Shown here piece by piece: positions 36,973-51,932 of a stretch of 64,000 bases of DNA (within the stretch, counting starts at the first letter, position 1; the number at the start of each line of letters is the position of its first letter). The stretch covers positions 2,976,001-3,040,000 of the forward strand of contig OX597841.1 of the NCBI GenBank assembly GCA_951406725.2, in the 5' to 3' direction. Position numbers and translations under genes: made by a program. The stretch is from Octopus vulgaris. Lineage: Eukaryota. Below the pieces are notes generated by a model that made no database searches, had not been told where the DNA came from, and saw only the letters and a list, made by a program, of their open reading frames with translations.

Positions 36973-38802
36973 TCATTTCTCACTAGTATGAATATGTCTG
37001 TGTTTTGTTAACTTACTATTTTGATAGAAAGATTTACCACAGATATCACAATGATATGGTCTCTCTCCTGTATGAAGACGTTTATGAGTAGTTAACGTAC
37101 TATTGTGAGAGAAGTGTTTACCACAGATATCACAGTGATAGGGCTTCTCTCCTGTATGAATACGTTTATGTGTAGTTAAGATATTATTATGAGAGAAGGA
37201 TTCACCGCAGATATCACAATGATATGGTTTCTCTCCCGTATGAATACGTCTGTGTGATGTTAAAGCACTATTATTAGAGCATGGTTTACCACAAATATCA
37301 CAATGGTAAGGCATCTCTCCTGTATGAATACGTGTGTGTATAGTTAAGTGAATACTTTGGGAGAATGATTTCCCACAGATATCACAATGATATGGTTTCT
37401 CTCCAGTATGAATACGTTTGTGTGTTGCTAAGCCACCTTTGCCAGAGAATGGTTTACCACAAATATCACAATGAAATGGCTTCCCTCCTGTATGAATACG
37501 TCTGTGTTTTGTTAAGTCACCATTTAGAGAGAATGATTTACCACAGATGTCACAATGAAATGGCTTTTCCCCTGTATGCATGGATTTGTGTCCCTTCAAT
37601 GTATTACTATGAGAGAATGATTTACCACAAATATCACAATGGTATGGCTTCTCTCCAGTATGAATACGTCTGTGAGATGTTAAGGCACTATTATTAGAGC
37701 ATGGTTTACCACAAATGTCACAATGGTATGGTGTCTCTCCTGTATGAATACGTTTGTGAACAGTTAAGTAGCTATTATTAGAACATGGTTTACCGCAAAT
37801 ATCACAATGATGTGGCTTCTTTCCTGTGTGAGTATGATTATGTGATGTTAAGGATCTTTTACTAGAGAACCGTTTACCACAAGTATCACAGTGATATGGC
37901 TTCTCTCCTGTATGAATACGCATGTGTTTTGTTAAGGCATGACTTTCAGAGAATTGTTTATCACAGAAATCACAGTGGTATGGTTTCTCGCCCGTGTGAA
38001 TACGTATGTGTGTAGATAAGTGAATACTTTGAGAAAATGATTTACCACAAATATCACAATGATATGGTTTCTCTCCTGCATGAATACGTCTGTGTTCAGT
38101 TAAGTGATTTCTTTGAGAGAATGATTTACCACAGATATCACAGGGATATGGTGTCTCTCCTGTATGAGTACGTTTGTGCACAGTAACGTTACTCCTTCGA
38201 GAAAATGATTTACCACAGATATCACAATGATATGGTTTCTCTCCTGTATGTGAACGTATGTGTGTAGATAACTTACTACTGCAAGAGAATAATTTACCAC
38301 AAATGTCACAAGGATATGGTTTCTCACCTGTATGAATACGCTTGTGCACAGTAACGTAACTACTACGAAAGAACGATTTACCACAGATATCGCAATGATA
38401 TGGCTTCTCTCCCGTATGAGAACGTTTGTGCTTTGTTATATAGCAAATGTTAAAGAATGATTTACCACAGACATCACACTGATAAGGTTTGTCTCCTGTA
38501 TGAATACGTTTGTGAGAAGTTAGAGCACCATTATCAGTGAATGATTTATCACAGACATCACACTGATAGGGTTTCTCTCCTGTATGGGAACGTATGTGTA
38601 GAGATAACTTACTACTGCAAGAGAATAATTTACCACAGATATCACAACGATACGGTTTCTCTCCCCTATGAGTACGTTTGTGCATAGTTAGGTCACTTTT
38701 TTGAAGGAAGGACTTTCTACAGATATCACAATCGTATGATATCAGCTCTTTTGTCTTGGGTTCAGGGCAAATCAATTCTACACTTTTCTCACTCTTTTCC
38801 AT
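36973..38802 (-). CDS. C2H2 zinc-finger protein ZNF-3, 21 fingers
   Basis: Intact ORF from ATG MEKSEKS; acceptor AG at 38986-38985. Confidence 0.95.
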   Translation of the reverse strand: MEKSEKSVELICPEPKTKELISYDCDICRKSFLQKSDLTMHKRTHRGEKPYRCDICGKLFSCSSKLSLHIRSHTGEKPYQCDVCDKSFTDNGALTSHKRIHTGDKPYQCDVCGKSFFNICYITKHKRSHTGEKPYHCDICGKSFFRSSYVTVHKRIHTGEKPYPCDICGKLFSCSSKLSTHIRSHTGEKPYHCDICGKSFSRRSNVTVHKRTHTGETPYPCDICGKSFSQRNHLTEHRRIHAGEKPYHCDICGKSFSQSIHLSTHIRIHTGEKPYHCDFCDKQFSESHALTKHMRIHTGEKPYHCDTCGKRFSSKRSLTSHNHTHTGKKPHHCDICGKPCSNNSYLTVHKRIHTGETPYHCDICGKPCSNNSALTSHRRIHTGEKPYHCDICGKSFSHSNTLKGHKSMHTGEKPFHCDICGKSFSLNGDLTKHRRIHTGGKPFHCDICGKPFSGKGGLATHKRIHTGEKPYHCDICGKSFSQSIHLTIHTRIHTGEMPYHCDICGKPCSNNSALTSHRRIHTGEKPYHCDICGESFSHNNILTTHKRIHTGEKPYHCDICGKHFSHNSTLTTHKRLHTGERPYHCDICGKSFYQNSKLTKHRHIHTSEK

Positions 38803-39861
38803 TATTTTTCCTTCAAATATCAGTTTATATATTTTTCTTCTGAGGAATTGTTTCACAAGAATTCTTCCACAGATTTGTAAAACACAATCTGATACATCTG
38901 TTTTGTACAATATTTTCTTTTAGTCTTTGAAACGTGGTAGATGTTGAGGATGTTTCTTCTGTTATGTCAATGTTGTCTGATGTTCTGAAATTATAGAGAA
39001 ACAACAGTGTAAGATATTGTGATTACTTAAAAAATACAAATTCATTTCTAATGAGATCAACTAAGCTGGATGCCAACAGCTCCCTAAGGAAGTGCTGATC
39101 CCTCAGAGTAGAGGGAACACGTGGAAGTGGGACACCCAAGGAGACATGGGTGGAAGGGCTGATAAACGAACTTCGGATGCTGAACTTTTCAGGTGATATG
39201 ACAAAGATCGAGATGCCTGGCACCTTGCCGTACTCAAGAAGACCCGTACTCCACAGCAGAAGTACACTCATCCCTCTGGTGACGAAAAGCAATTGTGATT
39301 GTTCCTCATAAAAGCGGACAGGCAGTGCCATTTAAAAGTGCCACCATGTTAAAGCAAATGTGTGGTACCATGTGCCTGTGCAGTGCTTTATAAAGTACTC
39401 TTTGCACTGTGAAGTGGTTGGTACTAGGAAAGGCATGTGGATGAATTTTGGAGTTTTTCATAAAAAATGTGAAATCGAAATTTCTCTTCTCCACCCTCAT
39501 ATTTTCCTACGTAGATTGAAACGGAAAAGATTTCTAAAAAGAGTAAAAAAATATTTTTAAAAATTGAGGGAATTAAAATTTTGGAAAACTTTTTTTTTTT
39601 GCATATTCGGAATCGTCATCGAAAACATAGGAACCCGACAGAAAAAAAAATACATATATATATAAAACGGAAAGTTCCGTTTATTGTGTGTGGGGGGACT
39701 GTGCGCCAAATTGTCGGGGTGGTCGGTGTCGTAAAAGCGGGTGGAAATCAGATTTTCGCGACTTTTTATAAAAGGTTTCCTCACCATTTTCAAATGAATG
39801 TTGAAGAGAATTTGAAAGAATCTCTTTCAAATCGGGTAACATTCAACTTATGCGTATGAGC

Positions 39862-40161
39862 GGCAATCCTTCGTCTCTAGCAGACCTTTCCCGTCCAGGG
39901 GAAGCATTGATGTACATGTGTGTGTGTGTGTGTTTGATGGGGTGTGGGAGACAGACAGTATGTTGTGTAAGTGAAGTGCTTCTGTTAGTGTGTGTGAAGA
40001 GACAGAGTAATGTGTGAAAGAAAGAGATAACTGAAATTTTTTACTCGGTGTATGTGTATATGTATGTATATTACTTCAAAAGTTCCCGCAAGCCCATATG
40101 TAAAAAAAAATTTTTTTTTACGGAAATCGACGGAAAGGTCTACTAGGGACGAAAGATCGCC
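39862..40161. mobile_element. Merlin-like MITE (left arm partly deleted) flanked by ~54-bp direct duplication
   Basis: GAATTTGA...CTTATGCGTATGAGC at 39808-39861 and 40162-40216. Confidence 0.85.
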
Positions 40162-40366
40162 GAATTTGAAGAAAATCTCTCTCATATCGGGTAACATTCA
40201 ACTTATGCGTATGAGCTATTCAAGGCCACATATCAAGGCCACCTGCCTCCCACAGCTAGAAATAGCAGGCAGATCCCGCACAAATCAAGGACAGAAAACG
40301 TCTCCCATTCATTAAAGAAAAACAAAAATTAGACCCAAAAAACATTGAATATTTTCTTTGCTTAAT

Positions 40367-40560
40367 ACTTACGGAAACGTTTCATAAAAGACGGTGTTGT
40401 TATATATACGTGTGTGTCTGGCAGTTGAGGAATAAATTATGAATATTATAAGTATAATAAATGTATTAGAGAATCTGACGAAGAGAAATTCTTGCAAAAG
40501 ACATTCGAAACCGATCTCAATGTGATGTCGGAAAGAAAGCCAATGCGCATGCGTGTCTCC
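40367..40560 (-). promoter_or_regulatory. Putative promoter and non-coding exon 1 of ZNF-3
   Basis: Donor GT 40372-40371; TGCGCATGCG 40544-40553. Confidence 0.6.
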
Positions 40561-40655
40561 AGCCTAAGACAGATAACCCTTCTTAAAACCCTTTATATTT
40601 TAGTTTATTGCACCTGATTATATTTATGTGTGCATATTTATATCTGAGTAAGGGC

Positions 40656-41805
40656 GAGCCACCGACGTGTCCAAGATGCGGGCTGGTCAATGAGACTCTC
40701 CAGCACATTTTTGTACAATGCCCGGAGCTATCTAGCTTGATAAGTTACGTTGAACACGTGCTATCGCATCTGGGACGAGTACAGCTGTCGGCTGGATCTA
40801 TGATAAAGATGATATCTATTTCTTTATTGCCCACAGGGGGCTAAACATAGAGGGGACAAACAAGGACAGACAAAGGGATTAAGTCAATTACATCGACCCC
40901 AGTGCGTAACTGGTACTTATTTAATCGACCCCGAAAGGATGAAAGGCAAAGTCGACCTCGGCGGAATTTGAACTCAGAACGTAGCGGCAGATAAAGATGA
41001 TATCGCCGACTGGACTCACGAAGGAAGGTAAGGCTTGTTGTTACTGTACGGTTGCAGTACTGAAAGGGTGTGTTTGGAGGACTAGAATGGAAGGTTCTGT
41101 GAAAGGGTCCTTCATTTCTGGCGTCGGTTTGCTGTCTTACTTCGGATACCATCTGAAGAGCAAGATGGGGTTGGGGAGCAGGACCCCCTGCCACAGAGTG
41201 AATACGAAAAACGATGGAAGGATGTGATGAGAAAGGTGGGTGGTAGTAGCCCAGCTTAATCATTGATCGAAGGAAAAGATAGTTGCTGGGCCTTGTAGGC
41301 TGCCGGGTTCGATCTCGTGAACTTTTATTTGTTTTCGTTTAAAAAGTACGGTTGCAGTACTGTAAGAGTGTGTTTGGAGGACTAGAATGGAAGGTTCTGT
41401 GAAAGGGTCCTTCATTTCTGGCGTCGGTTTGCTGTCTTACTTCGGATACCATCTGAAGAGCAAGATGGGGTTGGAGAGCAGGACCCCCTGCCACAGAGTG
41501 AATACGAAAAACGATGGAAGGATGTGATGAAAAAGGTGGGTGTCAGTAACCCAGCTTAATCATTGATCGAAGGAAAAGATAATTGCTGGGCCTTACAGGC
41601 TGCTGGGTTCGATCTCGTGAACTTTTATTCGTTTTCTTTCTTTTCTTTTAAGTTCTAGTTAAAGGAAAAATTAATCGTTATATAAAATATTTTTAAAGTA
41701 AATTTCTAACTTAATGCTCATTCGAACTCATTTGACATTTTTGTAATTGTTTGTCTGGTTATGTCCTTTTCTATGTACGATCAGTTTGATCATAATAAAG
41801 ATTTT
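40656..41805 (+). mobile_element. Tx1/L1-type LINE 3' fragment with TSD, internal ~300-bp duplication and nested SINE-A (40817-40990, minus)
   Basis: PTCPRCGLVNETLQHIFVQC zinc knuckle like the 60606-63035 ORF; TSD TATCTGAGTAA(G/A)GGC at 40641-40655 / 41806-41820; nested SINE TSD ATAAAGATGATATC. Confidence 0.85.
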
Positions 41806-42104
41806 TATCTGAGTAAAGGCAGAGAGCTGGCAGAAACGTTACCACACCAGGCGAAATGTACAAAGATCCACACCACGTGATGCATCGCTGATTGTGAAGA
41901 ACTGTTTCCATAGTAACCAAAGGTTAAGAAAACCACTTTATATCTCGGTGAACAGTCAGTATTGTTGGAGTGTATAAACATTAAACCTTTAGCATTCCGA
42001 TTCTTCCGTAAAATATAAAGCTTATGTATTCACACCATGTAAGATTAATCCTGCATAATTTCATGGCTTTGAGATTTCAATGATGTCTCTTTCTCTTTTT
42101 TTAT

Positions 42105-42670
42105 CTCTTTTACTTGTTTCAGTCATTTGACTGCGGCCATGCTGGAGCACCGCCTCTAGTCGCGCGAATCGACCCCAGGACTTATTATTTGTAAACCCAG
42201 TACTTATTCTATCGGTCTCTTTTTGTCGAACCACTGAGTGACAGGGACGTAAACACACCAGCATCGGTTCTCAATGCTAGAGGGACAAACACAGACATGC
42301 ATCTATATATATATATATATATATACATATATACGACGGGCTTCTTTCAGTTTCCGTCTACCAAATCCACTCACAAGGCTTTGGTCGGCCCGAGACTATA
42401 GCAGAAAACTTGCCCAAGATGCCGCGCAGTGGGACTGAACCCGGAACCATGTGGTTGGTAAACAAGCTACTTACCACACAGCCATGCCTACGCCAATATA
42501 CATATATACGATGGGCTTCTTTCAGTTTCCGTCTACCAAATCCACTCACAAGGCTTTGGTCGGCCCGAGACTATAGCAGAAGACTTGCCCAAGATGCCAC
42601 GCAGTGGGACTGAACCCGGAACCATGTGGTTGGTAAACAAGTTACTTACCACACAGCCTCTCCTGCGCCT
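42105..42670 (-). mobile_element. SINE family B with tandemly duplicated head, inside a decayed TTAA-type MITE (~41984-42787)
   Basis: Two heads (to ~42494 and ~42670) and one tail. Confidence 0.8.
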
Positions 42671-42892
42671 ATATTAATAAATCTTTATTTTTAAAATGAC
42701 ACAATAAAATAGCTATGAATGACCATATCTGACTAGTTTGAACATAAAATAGGGAGAATATTTTAGCCGGATTTGAACATTAAAGGGATGAAGATGTAGC
42801 AGAAAAAAGTTAGCAAACATCCAGGAGAGGAAACCATCTGTCTCGCAGCCATAATCTATTTGATAGTTTTTGGTCTATTATTATGCTTTTAG

Positions 42893-43416
42893 GGCCGTTC
42901 GCCAGCCTCGTCTGGCACCTGTGTCGGTGACACATAAAAAACACCATCCGAGCATGGACGTTCGCCAGCCTCGTCTGGCACCTGTGTCGGTGGCACATAA
43001 AAAACACCATCCGAGCGTGGCCGTTCGCCAGCCTCGTCTGGCACCTGTGTCGGTGGCACATAAAAAACACCATCCGAGCGTGGTCGTTCGCCAGCCTCGT
43101 CTGGCACCTGTGTCGGTGGCACATAAAAAACACCATCCGAGCGTGGCCGTTCGCCAGCCTCGTCTGGCACCTGTGTCGGTGGCACATAAAAAACACCATC
43201 CGAGCGTGGCCGTTCGCCAGCCTTGTCTGGCACCTGTGTCGGTGGCACATAAAATCACCCACTACACTCTCGGAGTGGTTGGCGTTAGGAAGGGCATCCA
43301 GCTGTAGAAACACTGCCAGATCTGACTGGCCTGGTGCAACCTTCGGGCTCCCCAGACCCCAGTTGAACCGTCCAAGCCATGCTAGCATGGAAAGCGGACG
43401 TTAAACGATGATGATG
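42893..43416 (+). mobile_element. RTE 3' UTR-type element with about six 63-bp tandem repeats
   Basis: Unit GCCAGCCTCGTCTGGCACCTGTGTCGGTGGCACATAAAAAACACCATCCGAGCG...; (GAT)n tail. Confidence 0.85.
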
Positions 43417-44219
43417 TTGGATGGGAGACTCTGGTTTATTTTATTTTTATGCAAACGGTCAAACTTAAGCCAAACACCCTTCGACTATATTGACACACGT
43501 TAAATTCATAAAATAAAAAGAAATACATCAAAGGTGAACTGGCTTTTAATTAGAATTATCAGTGAAACAACGATTTAGAGTCGTTGATACATAAAGACAG
43601 GCATTAGTTATGTTGTCCATTGTATAAACATCTCTGAGTAGACAGGACAAGAGAGAAATGATACATCTGTGGATTTAATGGATGAAGCTTTTAAAAGATT
43701 ATAAGCAACAAATTCACAGAAATTTGTGGATGCAGTATATAATAAAGAACAATATAGAATTTTTATTCAGCAACAGATTTTTACAAAAATAAAAGAAAGA
43801 AAAAACATTAAAAGTACAAAAAGGTGAAACCCCTCCCCAAAGAATACATCACAGGTGAATTGGGTTTCATTTAGAATTATCAGTGAAACAACAATTTAGA
43901 GTTGTTGGTACATAAAGACAGGGATTAGCTATGTTGTCCATTGTATAAACATCTCTGAGTAGACAGGACAAGAGAGAAGTGATACGTCTGTGGCAGCCAA
44001 CAAATAGACAAAAGCACATCTGTATGTCTCTGAGACAAACCATGTTGCCTCTGTTACAGGTGTCAAGTAAAAAAAAAGAGAGAATTCTATTTACTGTTCC
44101 ATTTTTATAAATATGCCACAGCTAAACTGGGTCATAGTAAGAAAAGATATTTCATAGTTTATCTAGGCTGAACACCAATATTGTTGTGTATCAAACAGTC
44201 ACATCTCATGTTACTGTCA

Positions 44220-44398
44220 TTATCATCATCATCATCATCGATTAAAATCCAGTTTCCATGCTAGCATGAGTTGGACGATTTTGACTGAGGGCTGGTGAAC
44301 CAGATGGCTGCACCAGGCCCCAATCTTGAACTGGCAGAGTTTCTACAGCTGGATGCCCTACATAATGCCAGCCACTCCGAAAGTGTAGTGGGTGCCTT
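44220..44398 (-). mobile_element. Short RTE 3' tail fragment in ZNF-4 3' region
   Basis: (CAT)n then CCATGCTAGCATG...CAGCTGGATGCCC. Confidence 0.7.
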
Positions 44399-44734
44399 TT
44401 TCCTTATAATATATTTCATGAGTGAAGCATTAAAAAGATTATAAGCAATAAATTCACAGAAATTTATGGATGCAGTAACCGATAAAAGATGATGTGTAGG
44501 GTTTTCAGAAGGAGGAGAAGTTTTGCTATGGAAGTCCTCACACTCTGGAAAGAGAATGCATGAATGATCAAGGAAGAAGCAGGACAAAATTGAAAAAATA
44601 AAATGAAAAAAAATCAAAATGTTTTGGAAATACTTCAGTCACAATTTTCATTGCGTAACACAGGAAAATTACATATATATAGCAAATAAGAAATGAGAAA
44701 CTACATTTTTCATTTCTCACTAGTATGAATATGT

Positions 44735-46756
44735 TTATGCTATGTTAACACAGTGATATGGCTTCCCTCCTGTATGAATACATGTGTGTTTTGTTAAGGT
44801 ATTACTTTCAGAGAATGATTTACCACAGATATCACAATTAAATGGTTTCTCTCCTGTATGAGTACGTATATGTGTAGATAAGTGGCTATTTCGAGAGAAT
44901 GATTTACCACAAATATCACAAGGGTATGGTCTCTCTCCTGTATGAATACGTTTGTGTGTAGATAAGTGAATATTTTGTGAGAATGATTTACCACAGACAT
45001 CACAATGATATGGTCTCTCTCCTGTATGAGTACGTTTGTGTGTAATTAGGATACTACTTTGAGAGAAAGCTTCACCGCAGATATCACAGTGATATGGCTT
45101 CTCTCCGGTATGAATACGTTTATGTGTAGTTAAGACCCTATTATGAGAGAAAGATTCACCGCAGATATCACAATGATATGGCTTTGCTCCTGTATGAATA
45201 CGTTTATGCGTAGTTAAGGTATTATTATGAGAGAATGATTCACCACAGATATCACAATGATATGGTCTCTCTCCTGTATGGATACGTCTGTGTGATATTA
45301 AGGCACTATTATAAGAGTATGGTTTACCACAAATATCACAATGATATGGCATCTCTCCTGTATGAACACGAATATGTGCAGTTAAGACAGAATTAAGAGA
45401 GAATGATTTACCACAGATATCACAATGATATGGTTTCTCTCCCGTATGAATACGTTTGTGTGCTGCTAAGGCACTATTGGCAGAGAAGGGTTTACCACAA
45501 ATATCACAATGATATGGTGTCTCTCCTGTATGAATACATCTGTGTAGAGTTAAGGATCTATTACTAGAGAATGCTTTACCACAGATATCACAATGATATG
45601 GCTTCTCTCCTGTATGAGTATCATGGTGTGATGTTAAGGATCTTTTAACAGAGAATCGTTTACCACAGATATCACAGTGATATGGCTTCCCTCCCATATG
45701 AATACGTCTGTGTTTTGTTAAGGTATTACTTTCAGAGAATGATTTACCACAGATATCACAATTAAATGGTTTCTCTCCTGTATGAGTACGTAAATGTGTA
45801 GATACATGAATACTTTGAGAGAATGATTTACCACAAATATCACAATGATATGGTCTGTCTCCTGTATGAATACGTTTGTGTGTAGATAAGTGAATATTTT
45901 GTGTGAATGTTTTCCCACAGATATCACAATGATATGGTTTTTCTCCTGAATGAATACGTTTGTGTGCTGCTAACGTACTATTATTAGAGCATGGTTTACC
46001 ACAAATATCACATTGATATGGTGTCTCTCCTGTATGAATACGCCTGTGTACATTCAAGTAACTATTACTAGAAAACGGTTTGCCACAAATATCACAAGGA
46101 TATGGCTTCTCTCCAGTACGAATACGTCTCTGTGATGTCAAGGATCTTTTAATAGAGAATCGTTTACCAGAAACTTCACTGCGATATGGTTTCCCTCCTG
46201 TATGAATATACATGTGTTTTGTTAAGGCATTATTATGAGAGAATGATTTACCACAGATATCACAATTATATGGTTTCTCTCCTGTATGAGTACGTATATG
46301 TCTAGTTAAGTGAACACTTTGAGAGAATGATTTACCACAGATATCACAATGATATGGTTTCTCGCCTGCATGAATACGCTTGTGATCAGTTAAGTGACTA
46401 CTGTAAGAGAATGATTTACCACAGATATCACAATTGAATGATTTCTCTCCTGTATGAGTACGTTTGTGCGCAGTAACATTACTCCTTCGAGAGAATGATT
46501 TACCACAGATATCACATTGATATGGTTTCTCTCCTGTATGGGAACGTATGTGTGTAGATAACTTACTACTGCAAGAGAATGATTTACCACAAATGTCACA
46601 AGGATACGGTTTCTCTCCTTTATGAATACGTTTGTGCATAGTTAGGTCACTTTTTTGAAGGAAGGACTTTCTACAGATATCACAATCGTATGAACTCATC
46701 TCTTTTGTCTTGGGTTCAGGGGAAATCAATTCTACACTTTTCTCACTCTTTTCCAT
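44735..46756 (-). CDS. C2H2 zinc-finger protein ZNF-4, 22 canonical fingers plus 1 ligand-less finger, last finger truncated
   Basis: Intact 673-aa ORF from MEKSEKS; acceptor AG at 46941-46940. Confidence 0.95.
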   Translation of the reverse strand: MEKSEKSVELISPEPKTKEMSSYDCDICRKSFLQKSDLTMHKRIHKGEKPYPCDICGKSFSCSSKLSTHIRSHTGEKPYQCDICGKSFSRRSNVTAHKRTHTGEKSFNCDICGKSFSYSSHLTDHKRIHAGEKPYHCDICGKSFSQSVHLTRHIRTHTGEKPYNCDICGKSFSHNNALTKHMYIHTGGKPYRSEVSGKRFSIKRSLTSQRRIRTGEKPYPCDICGKPFSSNSYLNVHRRIHTGETPYQCDICGKPCSNNSTLAAHKRIHSGEKPYHCDICGKTFTQNIHLSTHKRIHTGDRPYHCDICGKSFSQSIHVSTHLRTHTGEKPFNCDICGKSFSESNTLTKHRRIHMGGKPYHCDICGKRFSVKRSLTSHHDTHTGEKPYHCDICGKAFSSNRSLTLHRCIHTGETPYHCDICGKPFSANSALAAHKRIHTGEKPYHCDICGKSFSLNSVLTAHIRVHTGEMPYHCDICGKPYSYNSALISHRRIHTGERPYHCDICGESFSHNNTLTTHKRIHTGAKPYHCDICGESFSHNRVLTTHKRIHTGEKPYHCDICGEAFSQSSILITHKRTHTGERPYHCDVCGKSFSQNIHLSTHKRIHTGERPYPCDICGKSFSRNSHLSTHIRTHTGEKPFNCDICGKSFSESNTLTKHTCIHTGGKPYHCVNIA

Positions 46757-47530
46757 TATTTTTCCTCTCAAATATCAGTTTATATATTTTTCTTCTGAGG
46801 AATTGTTTCGCAAGAATTCTTCCACAGATTTGTAAAACACAATCTGATACATCTGTTTTGTACAATATTTCCTTTTAGTCTTTGAAACGTGGTAGATGTT
46901 GAGGATGTTTCTTCTGTTATGTCAATGTTGTCTGATGTTCTGAAATTATAGAGAAACAACAGTGTAAGATATTGTGGTTACTTAAAAAATACAAATTCAT
47001 TTCTAATGAGATCAATTAAGCTGGATGCCAACAGCTCCCTAAGGAAGTGCTGATCCCTCAAAGTAGAGGGAACATGTGGAAGTGGGACACCCAAGAAGAC
47101 ATGGGGGAAGGGCTGATAAACGAACTTAGGATGCTGAACTTTTCAGGTGATATGACAAAGATCGAGATGCCTGGCACCTTGCCGTACTCACGAAGACCCG
47201 TACTCCACAGCAGAAGTACACTCATCGCTCTGGTGACGAAAAGCAATTGTGATTGTTCCTTATGAAAGGAGACATGCAGCACCATATAACAGTGCCACCA
47301 GGTGCCTGTGCAGTGCCTTATAAAGTTGTGTTTGCACTGTGAAATGGTTTCCACAAGGAAAGGCATCCAGCTGTAGAAGGAATAAGAAATCAGAGAGGAG
47401 TGTGCCGCAGCTCCGTAGTTTGCCAGCCCTGATGAAACCATGCAACCCATGCCAGCCCTGATCAAACCATCCAACCCATGCCAGTATAAACAGTGGACGT
47501 TAAAAGATGGTGAAGAGAATAACATTTTAA

Positions 47531-48166
47531 CCTTTTAGTGTTCAGATTAATCTGTTAAATGTAATACTTTTTTCACTCAAATTATTTTCAATTAATCATA
47601 CATTATCTTACAGCTTTGAAGTTTCAATAGTGTGATAGTTTATTCTTAGAATGTCAATGTAGGTTAGATGTGAGGGGCTGGATATACTCTTTTTTACTCT
47701 TTTTACTCTTGTTTCAGTCATTTGACTATGGCCATGCTGGAGCACCGCCTTTAGTCGAGCAACTCGACCCCGAGACTTATTCTTTGTAAGTCCAGTACTT
47801 ATTCTATCGGTCTCTTTTGCCGAACCGCTAAGTGACGGGGACGTAAACACACCAGCATCGGTTGTCAAGCAATGCTAAGGGGACAAACACAGACACACAA
47901 ACACACACATATATATATATATACATATATACGACAGGCTTCCTTCAGTTTCCGTCTACCAAATCCGCTCACAAGGCATTGGTCGGCCCGGGGCTATAGC
48001 AGAAGACACTTTGCCCAAGACGCCACGCAGTGGGACTGAACCCGGAACCATGTGGTTGGTTAGCAAGCTACTTACCACACAGCCACTCCTACGTTTGAAT
48101 GGCCAGTTTGAATGTAAAACATGTTGGATATTTGGGCCGGATATGGCCGGCTTAAGCACCGAAGGG
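47531..48166. mobile_element. piggyBac-type MITE containing SINE-B (47686-48091, minus)
   Basis: TTAA-CCTTTTAGTG ... CACCGAAGGG-TTAA. Confidence 0.7.
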
Positions 48167-49215
48167 TTAATTTATCAAAATTTACTCCACAGAATCTTGT
48201 GTGAATCTTCCATATGTGTACACTACACTGACCCCTCCACATTGTGTAACAGCTTCGAAATAAAACCACAGAATCAGGCTTTCTCCAGAAATAGAATTTC
48301 ATGCTGTTATTTAGATCGAGGTCAGTTCTGAGCAGATATGTGATTATAGACACTCCATCCACGAACATCCTGTCTACTTCTATAACATTCTATATCTAGG
48401 ACTACATCATCCAATACAGTCTTCAATATTCTTGACCCACTGGAGGAATTTAAAGGAAACGTGCACTTATTTCCAGTAGGTCAACTGATCAGATGGAGAG
48501 TTGCAGGTTCTACAACTTTTAGGACAGGTCAAGCAAACATAAACATTGATGAATGGTGAAAAGATCTTTCTTGCGCACCCCCACAAACACACACGCACGT
48601 GGATACACATGGATGAAATCCCATTTTGGAAATATATTAAAGTTTGTATCATTTTGGAATGAAGAACACAAACATAGGTGCTGAGCCAGTGACTGAGACA
48701 TTTAGCTGTTATTTTTAGCATATTGTGTTTCCTGGTGAGAGCTTCACGTGCCTTGGTCCTTTTGCTGCTTTACTATGAATCTACGTATGCGGAAACGGAT
48801 AAAACTTTTAGGCAGAAGGGGTGGCGAGGCTGTGTGGATCAATTTTGGAGTTTTTCATAAAAAATGTGAAATTGAAATTTCTCTTCTCCACCCTCATATT
48901 TTCCTACGTAGATTGAAACGGAAAAGATTTCTAAAAAGAGTAAAAAAAAAAATATATTAAAAAAATTGAGGGAATTAAAATTTTGGAAAACGTGTTTTTT
49001 TGCATATTCGGAATCGTCATCGCAAACATGGGAATCCGACAGAAAAAAAAAATACATATATATAAAACGGAAAGTTCCGTTTATTGTGTGTGGGGGGACT
49101 GTGCGCCAAATTGTCGGGGTGGTCGGTGTCGTAGAAGTGGGTGGAAATCAGATTTTCGCGACTTTTTATAAAAGGTTTCCTCACCATTTTCAAATGAATT
49201 TTGAAGAGAATTTGA

Positions 49216-49630
49216 GGCGATCTTTCGTCTCTAGTAGACCTTTCCGTCGATTTCCGTAAAATTTTTTTTTTTTTTTTACATATGGGCTTGCTGGGAACTT
49301 TTGAAGTAATATACATACATATACACATACACCGAGTAAAAAATTTCAGTTATCTCTTTCTTTCACACATTACTCTGTCTCTTCACACACACTAACAGAA
49401 GCACTTCACTTACACAACATACTGTCTGTCTCCCACACCCCATCAAACACACATGTACATCATTGCTTCCCATGCACGGTAACTTCAAAAGAACTTCCCT
49501 CGTCATAAAATCGCTTTCTCTTAGTCTCTTTCGCTCTCATTAATTCAAAAGTTCCCGCAAGCCCATATGTAAAAAAAAAAATTTTTTTACGGAAATCGAC
49601 GGAAAGGTCTACTAGAAACGAAAGATCGCC
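49216..49630. mobile_element. Merlin-like MITE
   Basis: Same TIRs; TSD GAATTTGA/GAATATGA. Confidence 0.9.
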
Positions 49631-49822
49631 GAATATGAAAAAAATCTCTCTCATATCGGGTAACATTCAACTTATGCGTATGAGCTATTCAAGGCCACCT
49701 GCCTCCCACAGCTAGAAATAGCAGTCAGATCCCGCACAAATCAAGGACAGAAAACGTCTCCCATTCATAAAGAAAAACAAAAAATTAGACCAAAAAAACA
49801 TTGAATATTTTCTTTGCTTAAT

Positions 49823-50016
49823 ACTTACGGAAACGTTTCATAAAAGACGGTGTTGTTATATATATGTCTGTGTCTGGCAGTTGAGGAATAAATTATGAAT
49901 ATTATAAGTATAATAAATGTATTAGAGAATCTGACGAAGAGAAATTCTTGCAAAAGACATTCGAAACCGATCTCAATGTGATGTCGGAAAGAAAGCCAAT
50001 GCGCATGCGTGTCTCC
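49823..50016 (-). promoter_or_regulatory. Putative promoter and non-coding exon 1 of ZNF-4
   Basis: Donor GT 49828-49827; TGCGCATGCG 50000-50009. Confidence 0.6.
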
Positions 50017-50094
50017 AGCCTAAGACAGATAACCCTTCTTAAAACCCTTTATATCTTAGTTTATTGCACCTGATTATATTTATATCTGAGTAAG

Positions 50095-50312
50095 GGCGGC
50101 GAGCTGGAAGAAACGTTACCACACCAGGCGAAATTATTAGGGCTATTTCGTCTGTCTTTACGTTCTGAGTTCAAATTCCGCCAGGGTCGACTTTGCCTTT
50201 TGCGGGGTCGATAAATTACCAGTAACGAACCAGATAAAGTACCAGTTACGTACTGGCGTCAATCTAATCGACTGGCCCCTCCCCGCAAAAATAATTTGGG
50301 TCCTGTGCCTAT
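50095..50312 (+). mobile_element. Older SINE-A subfamily monomer with a different tail
   Basis: Same head, B box and core but ends GACTGGCCCCTCCCCGCAAAAATAATTTGGGTCCTGTGCC. Confidence 0.75.
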
Positions 50313-50457
50313 TTTGCCAAACAGGTTCAACAATAATGTGATGCAGTATGGTTTGTCGTTTATTCGACTGTTGTTCCCCCAGCTACCGAGCTGGCCGCCT
50401 TTTATCCGCGACGGCGTATTTAGCAATGTCAAACTAAGTACATTTAGTTTCGTATCA

Positions 50458-51932
<1,475 letters not shown>

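Noticed and set aside
38803-38910. N-terminal extension MYKTDVSDC of ZNF-3
   Set aside because: TTG start, in-frame stop just upstream, not open in paralogs
40470-40520. CTGACGA...GAAA hammerhead-like motif in the promoter module (also ~49930)
   Set aside because: Stems II and III pair poorly and other paralogs read CTAATTAAG here; likely chance
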